Source: an uncultured Candidatus Rokubacteria bacterium
GTDB taxonomy: Bacteria > Methylomirabilota > Methylomirabilia > Rokubacteriales > DASRDR01
Reading direction: 5' to 3'
NCBI GenBank assembly: GCA_963805625.1
Contig: CAWDVE010000013.1
Span: 1-64,000, forward strand
DNA: 64,000 nt
This document shows positions 25,542 to 36,394 of this stretch, piece by piece; position 1 is the stretch's first letter; each line of letters starts with the position of its first letter. Made by a program: the position numbers and the translations under genes. The notes beneath the pieces were generated by a model that was not told the DNA's origin, did not search any database, and saw only the letters and a program-made list of their open reading frames with translations.

Positions 25542-25583
25542 CCCCGGCTCCTCCCCCTGCTTCCGACCCCGGCGTGAAGCGCG

Positions 25584-26000
25584 TCAGTCGATGCTGGCGC
25601 GGATCCGGTCGAGAACCGTCCGCACCGTGGCCGGCGACGCGTCGACAGCCCGCCAGCTACCGCCGCTCAAGACCTCCGTCTCGACCGTCACCGTGACGCG
25701 CGTGATCTTGTCGGCCACGGCCTCTACCCGGACCGTGACGCGCTCCGCGACCCGCTCCACCTCCCCCTCGTCCGGCCGCGGCGCGCGCTCCACGCGCGCG
25801 GTCTCGATGACGCCATCGGAGGCTCGAGCGAGCGCATGCCCCCCGAGTGCCCGGACCGTCCCCTCCCAAACCCGCGCATACGGCAGGTCCATCACGAGCA
25901 GCCTCGGAGTTGCCGGTTGAGCCATCGCGCCCATCGCGGGCAGGAGCCAGGCCGCCACCACCGCTAGCGCCGCGAGCCCCCTGCTCACCCGCAGTCTCAT
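25584..26000 (-). CDS. Exported hypothetical protein
   Basis: Signal peptide, then alpha/beta pattern with GVIET; operonic position. Confidence 0.7.
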   Translation of the reverse strand: MRLRVSRGLAALAVVAAWLLPAMGAMAQPATPRLLVMDLPYARVWEGTVRALGGHALARASDGVIETARVERAPRPDEGEVERVAERVTVRVEAVADKITRVTVTVETEVLSGGSWRAVDASPATVRTVLDRIRASID

Positions 26001-26008
26001 CTACCCGC

Positions 26009-26653
26009 TCACTGGCGTACCGGGGAGACGAACGTCATGACGTTCTTGCCACCCGGGCGCCGCAAGCCGAAACGCTTGGTCTCCGCGCTGACCGTGGTGC
26101 CGGGGGGGAGATGATAGAGGTCTCGCAAGACCCCGGTCACGAGCGGGGTGATCACGCCGTTGCCCCCGTCGGCGTCCATGAGCCCGCCGTCCGAAGTGTG
26201 ACCGAGGAAGCCGATCGCGTGCGCGGTCTCGTGCGTCACCGTGCGCTGGCACTGGGGGCCTCGATAGATAGGCTGGCTGACCTGAACCTCCGCCGAAGTG
26301 AGATCTCCTTCATCGGTGAATTCGACGTAGGTCACCCCACAGATGTCCGATCCGCTTCGAAACCCAAATCTGACGTTGGCCACCCCCGCACTACCGACGA
26401 AGGTGAAGGTCACGGCGCCGTCCGTCGCCGCCGTCCAGGTGTTCACCTCGTCGGGTCGGGCCGCGCTGCCGAGGAACACGCGGACAGGAAGGTTTCGCCA
26501 CCGAATGGTCCGGCCGCCATTGTTCTGGGCGTTGAACTCGAAGAGCGGGGCGTTCTTCGTTGCACCCGTCCCGTTGTCATTGCCACACCCCAAGAGCCAC
26601 AGGGCGCTCAGTGCGAGGATTCCAGCCACTTCCCAGCTGGGTCGTCGGGTCAC
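26009..26653 (-). CDS. Matrixin-like zinc metalloprotease lipoprotein
   Basis: Lipobox LLGC; HETAHAIGFLGH followed by GLM Met-turn; overlaps the glmM stop. Confidence 0.8.
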   Translation of the reverse strand: MTRRPSWEVAGILALSALWLLGCGNDNGTGATKNAPLFEFNAQNNGGRTIRWRNLPVRVFLGSAARPDEVNTWTAATDGAVTFTFVGSAGVANVRFGFRSGSDICGVTYVEFTDEGDLTSAEVQVSQPIYRGPQCQRTVTHETAHAIGFLGHTSDGGLMDADGGNGVITPLVTGVLRDLYHLPPGTTVSAETKRFGLRRPGGKNVMTFVSPVRQ

Positions 26654-28017
26654 GATGTCGCTCCGATCTCCTCGTCAATGGCGGTGGCAATCTCTCGGGC
26701 TGCGGCGTCGATTGTCGTCTGGTCGTCTCCCTCCACCATCACCCGGGCGAGGGGCTCGGTCCCCGAGTAGCGGAGGAAGAGCCGAGCGCGTCCGTCGAGC
26801 TTCGCCTCCCAGCGCGCCAGGGCCTCCGCCACCCCACGAAGCTCGCCGAGCGGCGGCCTGGCGCGGACGCGGACGTTCAGCAGCACCTGGGGAACCTTCT
26901 CGACCTGGGCCGCCAGCACCGAGAGCCGCTGCCCCGCCTCGCGCACCGCCCGAAGCAGCTGGAGGGCGGTCAGAAGTCCGTCTCCCGTCCGCGCGTGGTC
27001 GAGGAAGATGACGTGGCCCGACTGCTCGCCGCCGAGGTTCGCCCCGAGCCGCCGCATCTCCTCCAGCACGTAGCGGTCGCCGACGGCGGTCCGGGCCATC
27101 CTGACCCCGAGCGCCACCAGGGCGCGCTCGAGCCCGAGGTTTGCCATCACCGTCGAGACCACGACCCCGCCCTTGAGAGCGCCGCGCGCGCTGAGCGCCC
27201 GGGCACAGATCGCGAGCACGTGATCCCCGTCCCGGACGGCGCCTGACTCGTCGACGACGATGAGACGGTCACCGTCACCGTCGAACGCGAGACCGACCGC
27301 CCCGGGCGTCGCGCGGACGCTCGCCTGGAGCGCCTCCGGGTGAAGGGCCCCCACGCCGCGGTTGATGTTCGTCCCGCTCGGTCGCGTTCCGAGCGTCGCC
27401 ACGTCCGCCCCGAGCGAACGAAAGAGGCGCGGCGCGACGCGATACGTCGCTCCGTGAGCGCAGTCGAGCACGAGCCTCACGCCCGTCAGATCGAAGCCCG
27501 CCGGCAGACTCGCCCGGAGCCCGTCGAGATAGCGGCGCTCGGCGCCCCGGACGGACCGCACGCGCCCGATCCGGGCGCCGGTGGGTCTCGGCCCGTCCGG
27601 GTCGGCCTCGAGTCGCGCCTCTATCTCGTCCTCCCAGGCATCCGGCAGCTTGTCGCCCTCACCCGAGAAGAGCTTGACTCCGTTGTCCTCGAACGGGTTG
27701 TGGGACGCCGACAGCACCGCCCCGCCCACTGCCCCGAGGGCGGGAATGAGAAAGGCGATGGCCGGGGTCGGCAGGACGCCCGCAACGAGCGCGTCCACGC
27801 CCGCCGAGAGGATGCCCGCGACGAGGGCTTGCTCGAGGAGCGGCCCGGACACCCGGGTATCCCGGGCAATGAGGAGAGCGGGCCGGGGCCGGCTCGGCCC
27901 GACGCGCTCGGCGAGGTAGGTCGCCGCGACCCGGCCAAGGCGGCACGTTTGCTCTGGGGTCAGCGATCCTGCGTTTGCCACCCCGCGAACCCCGTCGGTC
28001 CCGAAGAGCCGCCCCAT
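26650..28017 (-). CDS. glmM: Phosphoglucosamine mutase
   Basis: LFGTDGVRG, SASHNP, FDGDGDR, GGEQSGH, RYSGTEP. Confidence 0.97.
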   Translation of the reverse strand: MGRLFGTDGVRGVANAGSLTPEQTCRLGRVAATYLAERVGPSRPRPALLIARDTRVSGPLLEQALVAGILSAGVDALVAGVLPTPAIAFLIPALGAVGGAVLSASHNPFEDNGVKLFSGEGDKLPDAWEDEIEARLEADPDGPRPTGARIGRVRSVRGAERRYLDGLRASLPAGFDLTGVRLVLDCAHGATYRVAPRLFRSLGADVATLGTRPSGTNINRGVGALHPEALQASVRATPGAVGLAFDGDGDRLIVVDESGAVRDGDHVLAICARALSARGALKGGVVVSTVMANLGLERALVALGVRMARTAVGDRYVLEEMRRLGANLGGEQSGHVIFLDHARTGDGLLTALQLLRAVREAGQRLSVLAAQVEKVPQVLLNVRVRARPPLGELRGVAEALARWEAKLDGRARLFLRYSGTEPLARVMVEGDDQTTIDAAAREIATAIDEEIGATS

Positions 28018-28019
28018 GG

Positions 28020-28406
28020 CTACTGCTGCGACTCCAGAGTGGCGCGCACCTCGCTGGGTGTGACCCGCACGACCCGGACTCCCGCGGGAGCCGACACATT
28101 GTCCGCGTCGATGCGGGCGACGAAGCGGCCAGGCCGGGCGCTCTTGAGACTCACCTCCGCCCGGAAATCAGCCTCGTGGAGACGCCGCAGGACACTGTCG
28201 CGGCCTTCGACCCGGACGACGACCATCTCGACGCCGACCGAGGCCACCTCCACGCCGGTGGGACGATCGACCAGATCGAGCGGTACGGTGAACACGGCGT
28301 CCGTCCGCTCTTCGGTCACCACGAATACCCAGAGGGCAAGCGCGAACACCGCCGCCACGAGCTTGAGCGGCCAGTTCCCGAGGAGGAGCGCCCGCAATCC
28401 AGTCAC
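28020..28406 (-). CDS. cdaR: CdaR/YbbR-like regulator (single domain)
   Basis: NWPLKLVAAVFALALWVFV TM plus YbbR-like domain; between cdaA and glmM; GTGA overlap. Confidence 0.85.
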   Translation of the reverse strand: MTGLRALLLGNWPLKLVAAVFALALWVFVVTEERTDAVFTVPLDLVDRPTGVEVASVGVEMVVVRVEGRDSVLRRLHEADFRAEVSLKSARPGRFVARIDADNVSAPAGVRVVRVTPSEVRATLESQQ

Positions 28407-29233
28407 GCCTTGCTCCGGGCCGTGAAGCGGCGGACTCCGGCGAGCAGGGACCGGCTCCGGCTCGGCGCCTCGCCCGCGTTGAGCAGCGCGGTGAGGCGCT
28501 CCTGCAGACGCTCCGTGTCGAGCCCGCGCTCGATGACGCCGTCCACCGCGAGGGAGATCATCCCGGTCTCCTCGGAGACCACGACGACGGCGGCGTCCGT
28601 CTCCTCGGAGAGGCCGACCGCGGCGCGGTGGCGCGTGCCGAGCGTGCGGGAGAGTCCGAGATTTCGGGACAGCGGCAGGAAGCAGCCCGCCGCCGTGATC
28701 CGGTCTCCCTGGATGAGGGCCGCACCGTCGTGGAGCGGCGACCCGGGCTGGAAGAGGCTCCCCAGAAGCTCGGCAGACACGACCGCCTCCATCGGTACCC
28801 CCAGCTCCGCGTAGGCCCGCAGCCCCACCTGCCGCTCGACGGCGATCAGGGCGCCGATGCGCTTGACGGCCAACGCGTCTACCGCCCGCACCACCTCCTC
28901 GAGGAGCTGGCGCCGCGCGGCCGATGCCTGGCCCACCACGCGCTGAAGCAACGGGTTCCGCCCCGCCTGGGCCAGCGCCCTTCGCAGCTCCGGCTGGAAG
29001 AGGACGATGAGGGCCAGAACCCAAAACGCCCAGAAATTCTCGAGCACGAACGACAGGCTCCGGAGGTCCGCTTGCCGCGCGGCAAGACGGGCGGCCATCA
29101 GGAGCCCGAGACCGGCCAGCATCTGGATCGCGACCGTGCCCCGGAACACGAGGAGGACGCGGTAGAGCACGAAGGCCACGATCACCACGTCCACCAGGTC
29201 GCGCACGCGGAACCCGGCCCACAGGTGAAACAT
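28403..29233 (-). CDS. cdaA: Diadenylate cyclase
   Basis: Three TM helices, FQPELRRAL, HDGA and GTRHRAA motifs. Confidence 0.95.
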   Translation of the reverse strand: MFHLWAGFRVRDLVDVVIVAFVLYRVLLVFRGTVAIQMLAGLGLLMAARLAARQADLRSLSFVLENFWAFWVLALIVLFQPELRRALAQAGRNPLLQRVVGQASAARRQLLEEVVRAVDALAVKRIGALIAVERQVGLRAYAELGVPMEAVVSAELLGSLFQPGSPLHDGAALIQGDRITAAGCFLPLSRNLGLSRTLGTRHRAAVGLSEETDAAVVVVSEETGMISLAVDGVIERGLDTERLQERLTALLNAGEAPSRSRSLLAGVRRFTARSKA

Positions 29234-29265
29234 GACCCGGCTAGCCCTCGGCTCTCATGAACCGC

Positions 29266-30123
29266 TCATCCCGGCACGGCGTCGCGGATGGCCTCGGCTA
29301 CGCGGACCGCCCGCCGCACGGCGGCGACATCGTGGACCCGCACGATGTGCGCACCCGCCATCACGGCCATGACGCACGCCGCCAGCGTCCCTTCGAGACG
29401 CTCCCCCGGCGGCACGTGATCGAGGAGCGCACCGATGAAACTCTTCCGTGACGGTCCAACCAGGATCGGCTTCCCGATTGGACTGAGCGCGTCGAGCCGT
29501 TTGAGCAGGGTGAGATTGTGCGCCACCGTCTTGCCGAATCCGATGCCAGGGTCCACGCAGAGCGACTCGGGCGCCACGCCGGCCTTCTCCGCGGTGGCCA
29601 CGGCGGTCTCGAGCCCAGCCCGCACCTCTCCCAGGAGATCGTCGTACCGCGGGTCGGCCTGCATGGTGCGGGGCGTCCCCCGCATGTGCATGACCGTGAG
29701 GCCGGCACCGTGCGCGGCACACACGCGTGCGAGCTCGGGTCCGCCGGCCAGGCCCGTGACGTCGTTCACCATGTGGGCCCCAAGGGCAAGCGCGGCCTCG
29801 GCGACTTCCGGCTTCGACGTGTCCACCGACACCGGGCAGGGCGGGTCGTGGAGGAGGAGCTGCTCCAGCACCGGCAGGAGACGCGCGCGCTCCTCGTCCG
29901 TCGGCACTCCCGGCGATCCCGGCCGCGTCGACTCCGCCCCCACGTCGAGGAGGTCAGCTCCCTCGGCGGCGAGAGCCCGCGCCTGGCGCACGGCCGCGGC
30001 TGGGTCGAGGTACCGGCCCCCGTCGGCAAACGAGTCGGGCGTCACGTTCACGATCCCCATGATCAGGGCTCGGGGCCGCTTCGCGTCCCACGCAAACTCG
30101 ACCCCACGCATGCGGAGTCTCAC
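29266..30123 (-). CDS. folP: Dihydropteroate synthase
   Basis: MGIVNVTPDSF, ESTRPG, DPGIGFGK, SRKSF, RVHDV. Confidence 0.97.
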   Translation of the reverse strand: MRLRMRGVEFAWDAKRPRALIMGIVNVTPDSFADGGRYLDPAAAVRQARALAAEGADLLDVGAESTRPGSPGVPTDEERARLLPVLEQLLLHDPPCPVSVDTSKPEVAEAALALGAHMVNDVTGLAGGPELARVCAAHGAGLTVMHMRGTPRTMQADPRYDDLLGEVRAGLETAVATAEKAGVAPESLCVDPGIGFGKTVAHNLTLLKRLDALSPIGKPILVGPSRKSFIGALLDHVPPGERLEGTLAACVMAVMAGAHIVRVHDVAAVRRAVRVAEAIRDAVPG

Positions 30124-30192
30124 GGCCGAGACCGCGGCGAAGACCGGCCAGCCGGAACCGTCGTGGCGAGGGCCACGCGATCCGGCCGGACG

Positions 30193-32013
30193 CTACGCCG
30201 GGGCGCCTTCGAGCGCGCCGTGCGGCTCGACGGCGAGGACACGCGTGATCTCCTCAGCGTCGAGCGACTCGTGCTCCAGCAGCGCCTTGGCCAGGCGGTG
30301 GAGCCTTGCGATCTGCTCCTCGAGGATGGAGCGCGCCCGGGCCGCGCTGTCGAGGACGATCTGCTTGACCTCGGCGTCGATGAGGACCGCCGTCTCCTCG
30401 CTGTAGTCCTGATGACGGGCGAACTCCCGACCCAGGAAGATGTGCTCCTCCCGCTTGCCGAAGGTCAGCGGGCCGAGCTTCTCGGACATGCCCCACTCGC
30501 AGACCATCTTGCGGGCCATCTCGGTCGCCTTCTCGAGGTCGTCTCCGGCGCCGGTGGTCTGCTGCCGGAACACCATCTCCTCGGCCGCCCGGCCACCGAG
30601 GAGGATCGTGATGCGATTCATGAGGTAGTCGCGCGAGTAGTTGTACTTGTCGTCGGCCGGCAGCTGCTGGGTCAGCCCCAGCGCGCGACCGCGTGGGATG
30701 ATCGTGACCTTGTGGACGGGATCGGCCCCGGGCAGCGTGTGCGCGACCAGCGTGTGCCCCGCCTCGTGGTAGGCGATCGTCCGCTTCTCCTCCTCGCTGA
30801 TGATCATGCTCCGGCGCTCGACACCCATCAGGACCTTGTCCTTCGCGCTCTCGAAGTCGAACATCTCCACGACCTTCTTGGAGTGGCGCGCGGCGAGGAG
30901 CGCGGCCTCGTTGACGAGGTTCGCGAGATCGGCACCGGAGAAACCGGGGGTCCCACGAGCGAGGACCTTGAGGTCCACGTCCGGTCCGAGCGGGATGCGG
31001 CGGGCGTGGACGCGCAGGATCTCTTCCCGCCCCTTGACGTCGGGGCGCGGCACCACCACCTGACGGTCGAAGCGGCCGGGCCGGAGTAGCGCCGGATCGA
31101 GCACGTCGGGGCGGTTGGTCGCCGCGATCAGGATCACGCCCTCGTTCGTCTCGAAGCCGTCCATCTCGACGAGGAGCTGGTTGAGGGTCTGCTCGCGCTC
31201 GTCGTGACCGCCGCCGAGCCCCGCCCCGCGGTGGCGCCCGACCGCGTCGATCTCGTCCATGAAGATGATGCACGGGGCGTGCTTCTTGCCCTGCTCGAAC
31301 AGGTCCCGGACGCGCGAGGCCCCGACACCCACGAACATCTCGACGAAATCGGAGCCCGAGATGGAGAAGAACGGGACGTTCGCCTCACCGGCGATCGCCT
31401 TCGCGAGGAGGGTCTTACCCGTCCCCGGGGGGCCGACCAGCAACACGCCCTTGGGGATCTTCCCGCCGAGCTTCTGGAACCTCTGCGGGTCCTTGAGAAA
31501 TTCGATGATCTCGCGGAGCTCCTCCTTGGCCTCGTCGACTCCCGCCACGTCGGCGAACGTGATCTTGTTGTGTTTCTCCGAGATCAGTCGCGCTCGCGCC
31601 TTGCCGAAGGAGAGGGCCTTAGCGCCGCCACCCTGCATCTGGCGCATGAAGAAGATCCACACGCCGATGAACAGGATCATGGGAAACCACGAGATCAGGA
31701 GCGACATGTACCAGGGGTTCTGGTCCACCGGCCGAACGCTGATCTTGACGTTCTTGTCCCGGAGCAGCTTGAGGAAGTCCTGGGACTCGACGACGTAGGT
31801 GCGGAATTCGCCCCCGTCCTTTAGCTTCCCCGTCACGAGGTTGCCCCGGATCGTGACGGACTGGACGAGCCCGGCGTCGACGTTCCTCAGAAAGTCCGAG
31901 TAGTTGGGCTCGAACGTAGCCTTCTCGGACAGACCCCCGAACACGTTGAAGAGAAGGACGACGACGAGACCGATGACCATCCACAGAGCAAGGTTCTTGT
32001 AGAACGGATTCAT
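30193..32013 (-). CDS. ftsH: ATP-dependent zinc metalloprotease FtsH
   Basis: Two TMs, [40 protein letters not shown]. Confidence 0.98.
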   Translation of the reverse strand: MNPFYKNLALWMVIGLVVVLLFNVFGGLSEKATFEPNYSDFLRNVDAGLVQSVTIRGNLVTGKLKDGGEFRTYVVESQDFLKLLRDKNVKISVRPVDQNPWYMSLLISWFPMILFIGVWIFFMRQMQGGGAKALSFGKARARLISEKHNKITFADVAGVDEAKEELREIIEFLKDPQRFQKLGGKIPKGVLLVGPPGTGKTLLAKAIAGEANVPFFSISGSDFVEMFVGVGASRVRDLFEQGKKHAPCIIFMDEIDAVGRHRGAGLGGGHDEREQTLNQLLVEMDGFETNEGVILIAATNRPDVLDPALLRPGRFDRQVVVPRPDVKGREEILRVHARRIPLGPDVDLKVLARGTPGFSGADLANLVNEAALLAARHSKKVVEMFDFESAKDKVLMGVERRSMIISEEEKRTIAYHEAGHTLVAHTLPGADPVHKVTIIPRGRALGLTQQLPADDKYNYSRDYLMNRITILLGGRAAEEMVFRQQTTGAGDDLEKATEMARKMVCEWGMSEKLGPLTFGKREEHIFLGREFARHQDYSEETAVLIDAEVKQIVLDSAARARSILEEQIARLHRLAKALLEHESLDAEEITRVLAVEPHGALEGAPA

Positions 32014-32164
32014 CCCCGGTCCGCCGCCCTCCCTCCGGTCACGCCGAGTTCTGCTCGATAGGACGCAAACCTGCGCAACGTAAGCGCAGTATAGCACACG
32101 GCCGAAGGCCGACTCGGAGGCCGGCCTCGACCTCCACGCGGCGGGGGCGCCGGGTCGTCAGGGC

Positions 32165-32707
32165 TCAGGCCGACCGGAGGTCGGAAGGGTCCAGGACGCC
32201 CAGGTACGGCAGGTTCCGGTAGAGCCCGGCGAAGTCGAGCCCGTAGCCGACGACGAACTCGTCGGGAATCGTGAACCCGACGTAGTCGAGCGAGACCGGC
32301 ACTTCCCGGCGGGACACTTTGTCGAGGAGCGTGCAGACGCGGAGGGTCCCGGGCTGCCGGGTCTCGAGGTTCCGGAGGAGGTAGGCCAGGGTTCGCCCCG
32401 TGTCCACGATGTCCTCGACGATGAGAACGTCGCGGCCCTCGATCGGCACCGAGAGGTCCTTGGTCAGCTCGACGATCCCCGACGAGCGGGTCGAGGCCCC
32501 GTACGACGAGACCGCGATGAAGTCACACTCGCAGGGCGCGTCGATCGCCCGCATCAGATCGGCCAGGAAGACCACTGCGCCCTTCAGCACCCCGACCAGC
32601 ATCGGCGTCCGCCCAGCGTAGTCGCCCCGGATCTGCCGACCCAGCTGGCCGACACGCGCAGTCAGGTCCTCGGCGGGAATGAGAACGCGCTGGATTCCCG
32701 GGGGCAC
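32165..32707 (-). CDS. hpt: Hypoxanthine phosphoribosyltransferase
   Basis: VLKGA, VLIVEDIVDTGRTL, FVVGYGLD. Confidence 0.96.
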   Translation of the reverse strand: MPPGIQRVLIPAEDLTARVGQLGRQIRGDYAGRTPMLVGVLKGAVVFLADLMRAIDAPCECDFIAVSSYGASTRSSGIVELTKDLSVPIEGRDVLIVEDIVDTGRTLAYLLRNLETRQPGTLRVCTLLDKVSRREVPVSLDYVGFTIPDEFVVGYGLDFAGLYRNLPYLGVLDPSDLRSA

Positions 32708-32713
32708 GCGGCG

Positions 32714-33553
32714 CTACCGGGTGCGCGGCGTCACCAGGGGGTTGAGCCCCCGCTCGTTGCGGAGCTCGATAGCGACCCGCTCGGCGTCGCTCCGAGTCGG
32801 GTACGTGCCGACCCGGACCCGGTACCGGGGCCGGCCATCCTCGGTGATCGAGGGAAAGACGTACGCGTCGAAGCCCCGGGCCGCCAGTCGCGCCCGGAGC
32901 TCCTCGGCGAGGGACCGGCTCCGGAAGGCGCTCACCTGCACCGTCCACGCCTCCGGCTCCGCGGTCGTGGTCGCCGCCGCGACCTGGGCCGGCGCCGGCC
33001 TCGCCGGAGCCGCCGCGGGGGCGCGCGCGACACGCGCGGGCCGCGGAGCCGGCGCGGCCTCCGCGGCCTTCGGGGTGTGGCGCTCCGGCGCAGCTCGCGG
33101 AGCCTCCGGTGCGGGCCGCGGGACCTCCAGTGCGGGCCGAGGAGGCTCCGGCGCGGCCCGGGCGGGCTCCGGCGCCACGTTGGCAGCGACGGAGGTTGCC
33201 GGCTCCTCCTTGGGAACCAGCCGCTCTTCGATCGTCGGCTTCCCGACCTGGGGCAGATCTTGCGTCGGTGCGGTCAGCGTCCGGTAGAAGGTGACCTTCT
33301 CCTCTGCTCGCGTGGCCGCGGTCTTGACCGGCGCCTCGCCCCCGCGCAGTCCTTCCGGCTCCGGAAGCCGGTGCTCGCGCGTCGCGTCCGCGCGGGCCGC
33401 CCCCTTGCCCCGGGCCATCTCGCGCCCCACCACGATGCCGGCGGCGAAGACGAGGCTCGCGATCAGGCAGAAAACGGCTCCAAGGACGACGAGCTCACGC
33501 CGCCCGAAGCGGAACTCGTGATGTGTACGGCCTAGCCGGCGGGTCGCCATCAT
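32714..33553 (-). CDS. SPOR-domain cell division protein
   Basis: N-terminal TM, TFYRTL, Pro/Ala linker, WTVQVSAF...YRVRVG; follows argS. Confidence 0.9.
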   Translation of the reverse strand: MMATRRLGRTHHEFRFGRRELVVLGAVFCLIASLVFAAGIVVGREMARGKGAARADATREHRLPEPEGLRGGEAPVKTAATRAEEKVTFYRTLTAPTQDLPQVGKPTIEERLVPKEEPATSVAANVAPEPARAAPEPPRPALEVPRPAPEAPRAAPERHTPKAAEAAPAPRPARVARAPAAAPARPAPAQVAAATTTAEPEAWTVQVSAFRSRSLAEELRARLAARGFDAYVFPSITEDGRPRYRVRVGTYPTRSDAERVAIELRNERGLNPLVTPRTR

Positions 33554-33563
33554 GCGACGGGCC

Positions 33564-35246
33564 TCACATCGACTCCGGGGCCGAGATTCCCAGAAGCCCG
33601 AGCCCGTTCCGCAGAACCTGGGCGACCGCCCGCGCGAGCCCAAGTCGGGCGCGCGTCGCCGCGGGCTCCTCAGGCCGAACGATTCGGAACTGGGGCGTAT
33701 GGGTACCGAGGTGGTGGTAGGCGTGGAGCTGCGCCGCCAGGTCGTAGAGGTACACGGCGATGCGGTGCGGCTCGAAGGCGCGGGCGGCGCCGGCGACCGC
33801 ATGCGGGTAGCGCAGCAGCGTCTTCACGAGGGCCAGCTCCTCGGGCGCCCCGAGCGTCACCAGGTCGGCCTCGGCCCAGACTGCCGGCGCGACGATGCCG
33901 CGCTCCCGGGCGTGGGTGAAGACGCTCGCGACCCGCGCGTGGGCGTACTGGACGTAGAACACCGGGTTCTTCTGCCAGTCCTGCTCAGTGGCGGCGTCGA
34001 GGTCGAAGTTGAGATGGCTCTCCGGGCTCCGCGTCACCATGAACCAGCGGAAGACGTCGATGCTCCCGACTTGGTCGAGGAGATCGTCGATGGTCACGTA
34101 CGTCGCCCGGCGCGTCGACATCTTCACCTCGACGCCGCCGCGCGTGATCGTCACGAACTGGTGGATGAGGTAGCGGATCCGGTCGGCCGGCAGCCCGAGA
34201 GCGCCGATGGCCGCCACGACGTCCTTGGCTTCCTCGATGTGGTCGGCGCCCTGGACATTGAGGATCCGGTCGAACCCGCGGACAAGCTTCTCCCGGTGAT
34301 AGGCGATGTCGGGGAGCCGGTACGTCGGTTCGCCCGTGGACTTCACCAGCACGCGGTCCTGCGGCCGGTCGATGGCGGAGAACCTGAGCCAGACCGCGCC
34401 GTCCTTCTCGTAGACGAGCCCGGCCGCTCGGAGCGCCTCGAGGGTAGCCTCGACCTTCCCCTCCGTGTAGAGCAGCGCCTCGTTCGAGTAGACGTCGAAG
34501 CGAATGCCGAGGCGCTCCAGGGTCCGCCGGATGTCGGCGAAGATGCCGTCCTCCGCGGCCTGCCGGAAGACGGTCTCGTGGCCCTCGCCCGCCAGCGATT
34601 CCCCGTACCGGCCGCGAAGCTCGGCCGCGATCTCCCGGATGTAGTCGCCCTGGTAGCCGTCCTCGGGTAGCGCCGCCGGCCAGCCGAGGAGCTCGAGGTA
34701 CCGGGCGCGGACCGATTCTCCGAGCACGCGCATCTGGCGCCCCGCGTTGTTGAAGTAATACTCGCGGGTCGTCTCGTAACCCATTGCCCCGAAAAGCCTG
34801 GCCACGCAGTCGCCGAGAATCCCTTGGCGACCATGACCGAGCGTCAGCGGCCCCGTAGGGTTGGCGCTCACAAACTCCACCATGGCGCGCTGGCCGCGGC
34901 CCTCGTTGTCAGTGCCAAAGCGATCGCTCTCGGCGAGGATCCGCGCCAGCCCCGCCCGGCAGTACGCGGGCGAGAGGAACACGTTGAGGAATCCCGGTCC
35001 CGCGACCTCGGCGCGCTCGATCTCGTCCACGCCGGGGAGATGCGCGAGGATCGCCTCCGCCACCTGGCGGGGCGGGCGTCGGTGGGATTTGGCGAGGAGC
35101 ATCGCGAGGTTGGTCGCGTAGTCCCCGTGGGTAGGATCTCTCGGGACCTCCCACGCGACGTCCGAAGCCGGCACGGTCGGAAGCCCGGCCCGGTCGAGAG
35201 CGTCCAGCAGAGCGCCCGACAAGACCGCGGTCACATCCAGAGCCAT
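33564..35246 (-). CDS. argS: Arginine--tRNA ligase
   Basis: HGDYATN, AGPGFLN, VEFVSANPTGPL, GADH, KMSTR, NPVFYVQYAHAR. Confidence 0.96.
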   Translation of the reverse strand: MALDVTAVLSGALLDALDRAGLPTVPASDVAWEVPRDPTHGDYATNLAMLLAKSHRRPPRQVAEAILAHLPGVDEIERAEVAGPGFLNVFLSPAYCRAGLARILAESDRFGTDNEGRGQRAMVEFVSANPTGPLTLGHGRQGILGDCVARLFGAMGYETTREYYFNNAGRQMRVLGESVRARYLELLGWPAALPEDGYQGDYIREIAAELRGRYGESLAGEGHETVFRQAAEDGIFADIRRTLERLGIRFDVYSNEALLYTEGKVEATLEALRAAGLVYEKDGAVWLRFSAIDRPQDRVLVKSTGEPTYRLPDIAYHREKLVRGFDRILNVQGADHIEEAKDVVAAIGALGLPADRIRYLIHQFVTITRGGVEVKMSTRRATYVTIDDLLDQVGSIDVFRWFMVTRSPESHLNFDLDAATEQDWQKNPVFYVQYAHARVASVFTHARERGIVAPAVWAEADLVTLGAPEELALVKTLLRYPHAVAGAARAFEPHRIAVYLYDLAAQLHAYHHLGTHTPQFRIVRPEEPAATRARLGLARAVAQVLRNGLGLLGISAPESM

Positions 35247-35308
35247 GGCGCCGTCCACTATAGCCCACGACCCGAGAGGGTCGAAGAAAAAGCGGGGGTT
35301 ATGGCCTC

Positions 35309-36394
35309 TCAGCGCAGCCGGAACTCGACGGGCAGGCGGATGACGAGCGGCCGGGCCGCGAGTCCCGGCGGGAACGGAAACGGCACTGAGCCACGCACGG
35401 CCGCCAATGCTGCGACGCGAAGCGTGTCCGCGCTCGCCCCCGCGACGACCTCGACGGCGGCGAGTCGGCCATCGGGACCGAGACGCAGCTCGAGCTCGAC
35501 CACGCCCTGCTGACCGCGGCGCACGGCCATCCACGGGTAGACGAGCCGATCCTGGATGCGCTGGCGGAGCGCACGCACGTAGGACTCGTACTCGGGCGGG
35601 ATGCCGCCGTCCGGGGCATTCCCCTCTTGACCCTCGCCCGGCGGGAGACGCGCGAGATTCACCCCACCGGCCGGCGCCAGCTGGCCTCCCGCACCCGCCG
35701 CGCCGCCCTGCGCTGGTCGACCGCCCGACCCTCTTTCCGCCGCCACTCCGGGCCCCGGATCGCGGGACGCACGTGAGCCGCTCATCGCGAATGCCGGCGG
35801 TACCTGGCGACCGTCGACGAGGTCCCGCGACGGAATCAGTGTGGCCGGCTCTGGCGCCGTCGTCGGGGGCGCGCTCATTCCGGTGTCACTCGTCGGACCG
35901 GGGGCCACGGTTTCCGTCGGCGGCAGGACCATCGGCAAGGAGACCACCGCCGGTGGCATCGAGGCGGGCTGGGGCGGCGCCGGCGCGGGTCCCTGGGGCG
36001 CCGGCGCGTCGATCGACCTGGGCGAGGCCGGCACGGTCGGCGGCCGCGGCACCTCGGGCGCGGCACTCGCCGTCCCGGGCGGCGTCACCACCGGAGCGCC
36101 CGCCGCGGCCACCGGCGTGTCCGGCGGCAGCACTGCGCCGGACGGTGCGCGTGTCCCACGGCCGAGGGAAGTCCCGGGCCGCCCGATCCGAGGGCGCACC
36201 GCGGAGCTGTCGGCGGCCTCGTGCCGATCGCTGATCGCAACGACAGGGTGGACCAGGTCCACGTAAAGGGCAGCCGGCGGCGGGGCCAGGCGCGGGCCGG
36301 TCAGCCATGCTGCGCCGACCACGCCGATCGTGGCGACGGCGGCGCCGTGGGCAAGGATCGAGAGGGTGAGCGCGCCCCCGAGCCCGCGGCTCAT
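35309..36394 (-). CDS. tonB: TonB-family energy transducer
   Basis: TM with SxxxH (SILAH), long Pro-rich linker, YPWMAVRRGQQGVV C-terminal domain. Confidence 0.85.
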   Translation of the reverse strand: MSRGLGGALTLSILAHGAAVATIGVVGAAWLTGPRLAPPPAALYVDLVHPVVAISDRHEAADSSAVRPRIGRPGTSLGRGTRAPSGAVLPPDTPVAAAGAPVVTPPGTASAAPEVPRPPTVPASPRSIDAPAPQGPAPAPPQPASMPPAVVSLPMVLPPTETVAPGPTSDTGMSAPPTTAPEPATLIPSRDLVDGRQVPPAFAMSGSRASRDPGPGVAAERGSGGRPAQGGAAGAGGQLAPAGGVNLARLPPGEGQEGNAPDGGIPPEYESYVRALRQRIQDRLVYPWMAVRRGQQGVVELELRLGPDGRLAAVEVVAGASADTLRVAALAAVRGSVPFPFPPGLAARPLVIRLPVEFRLR

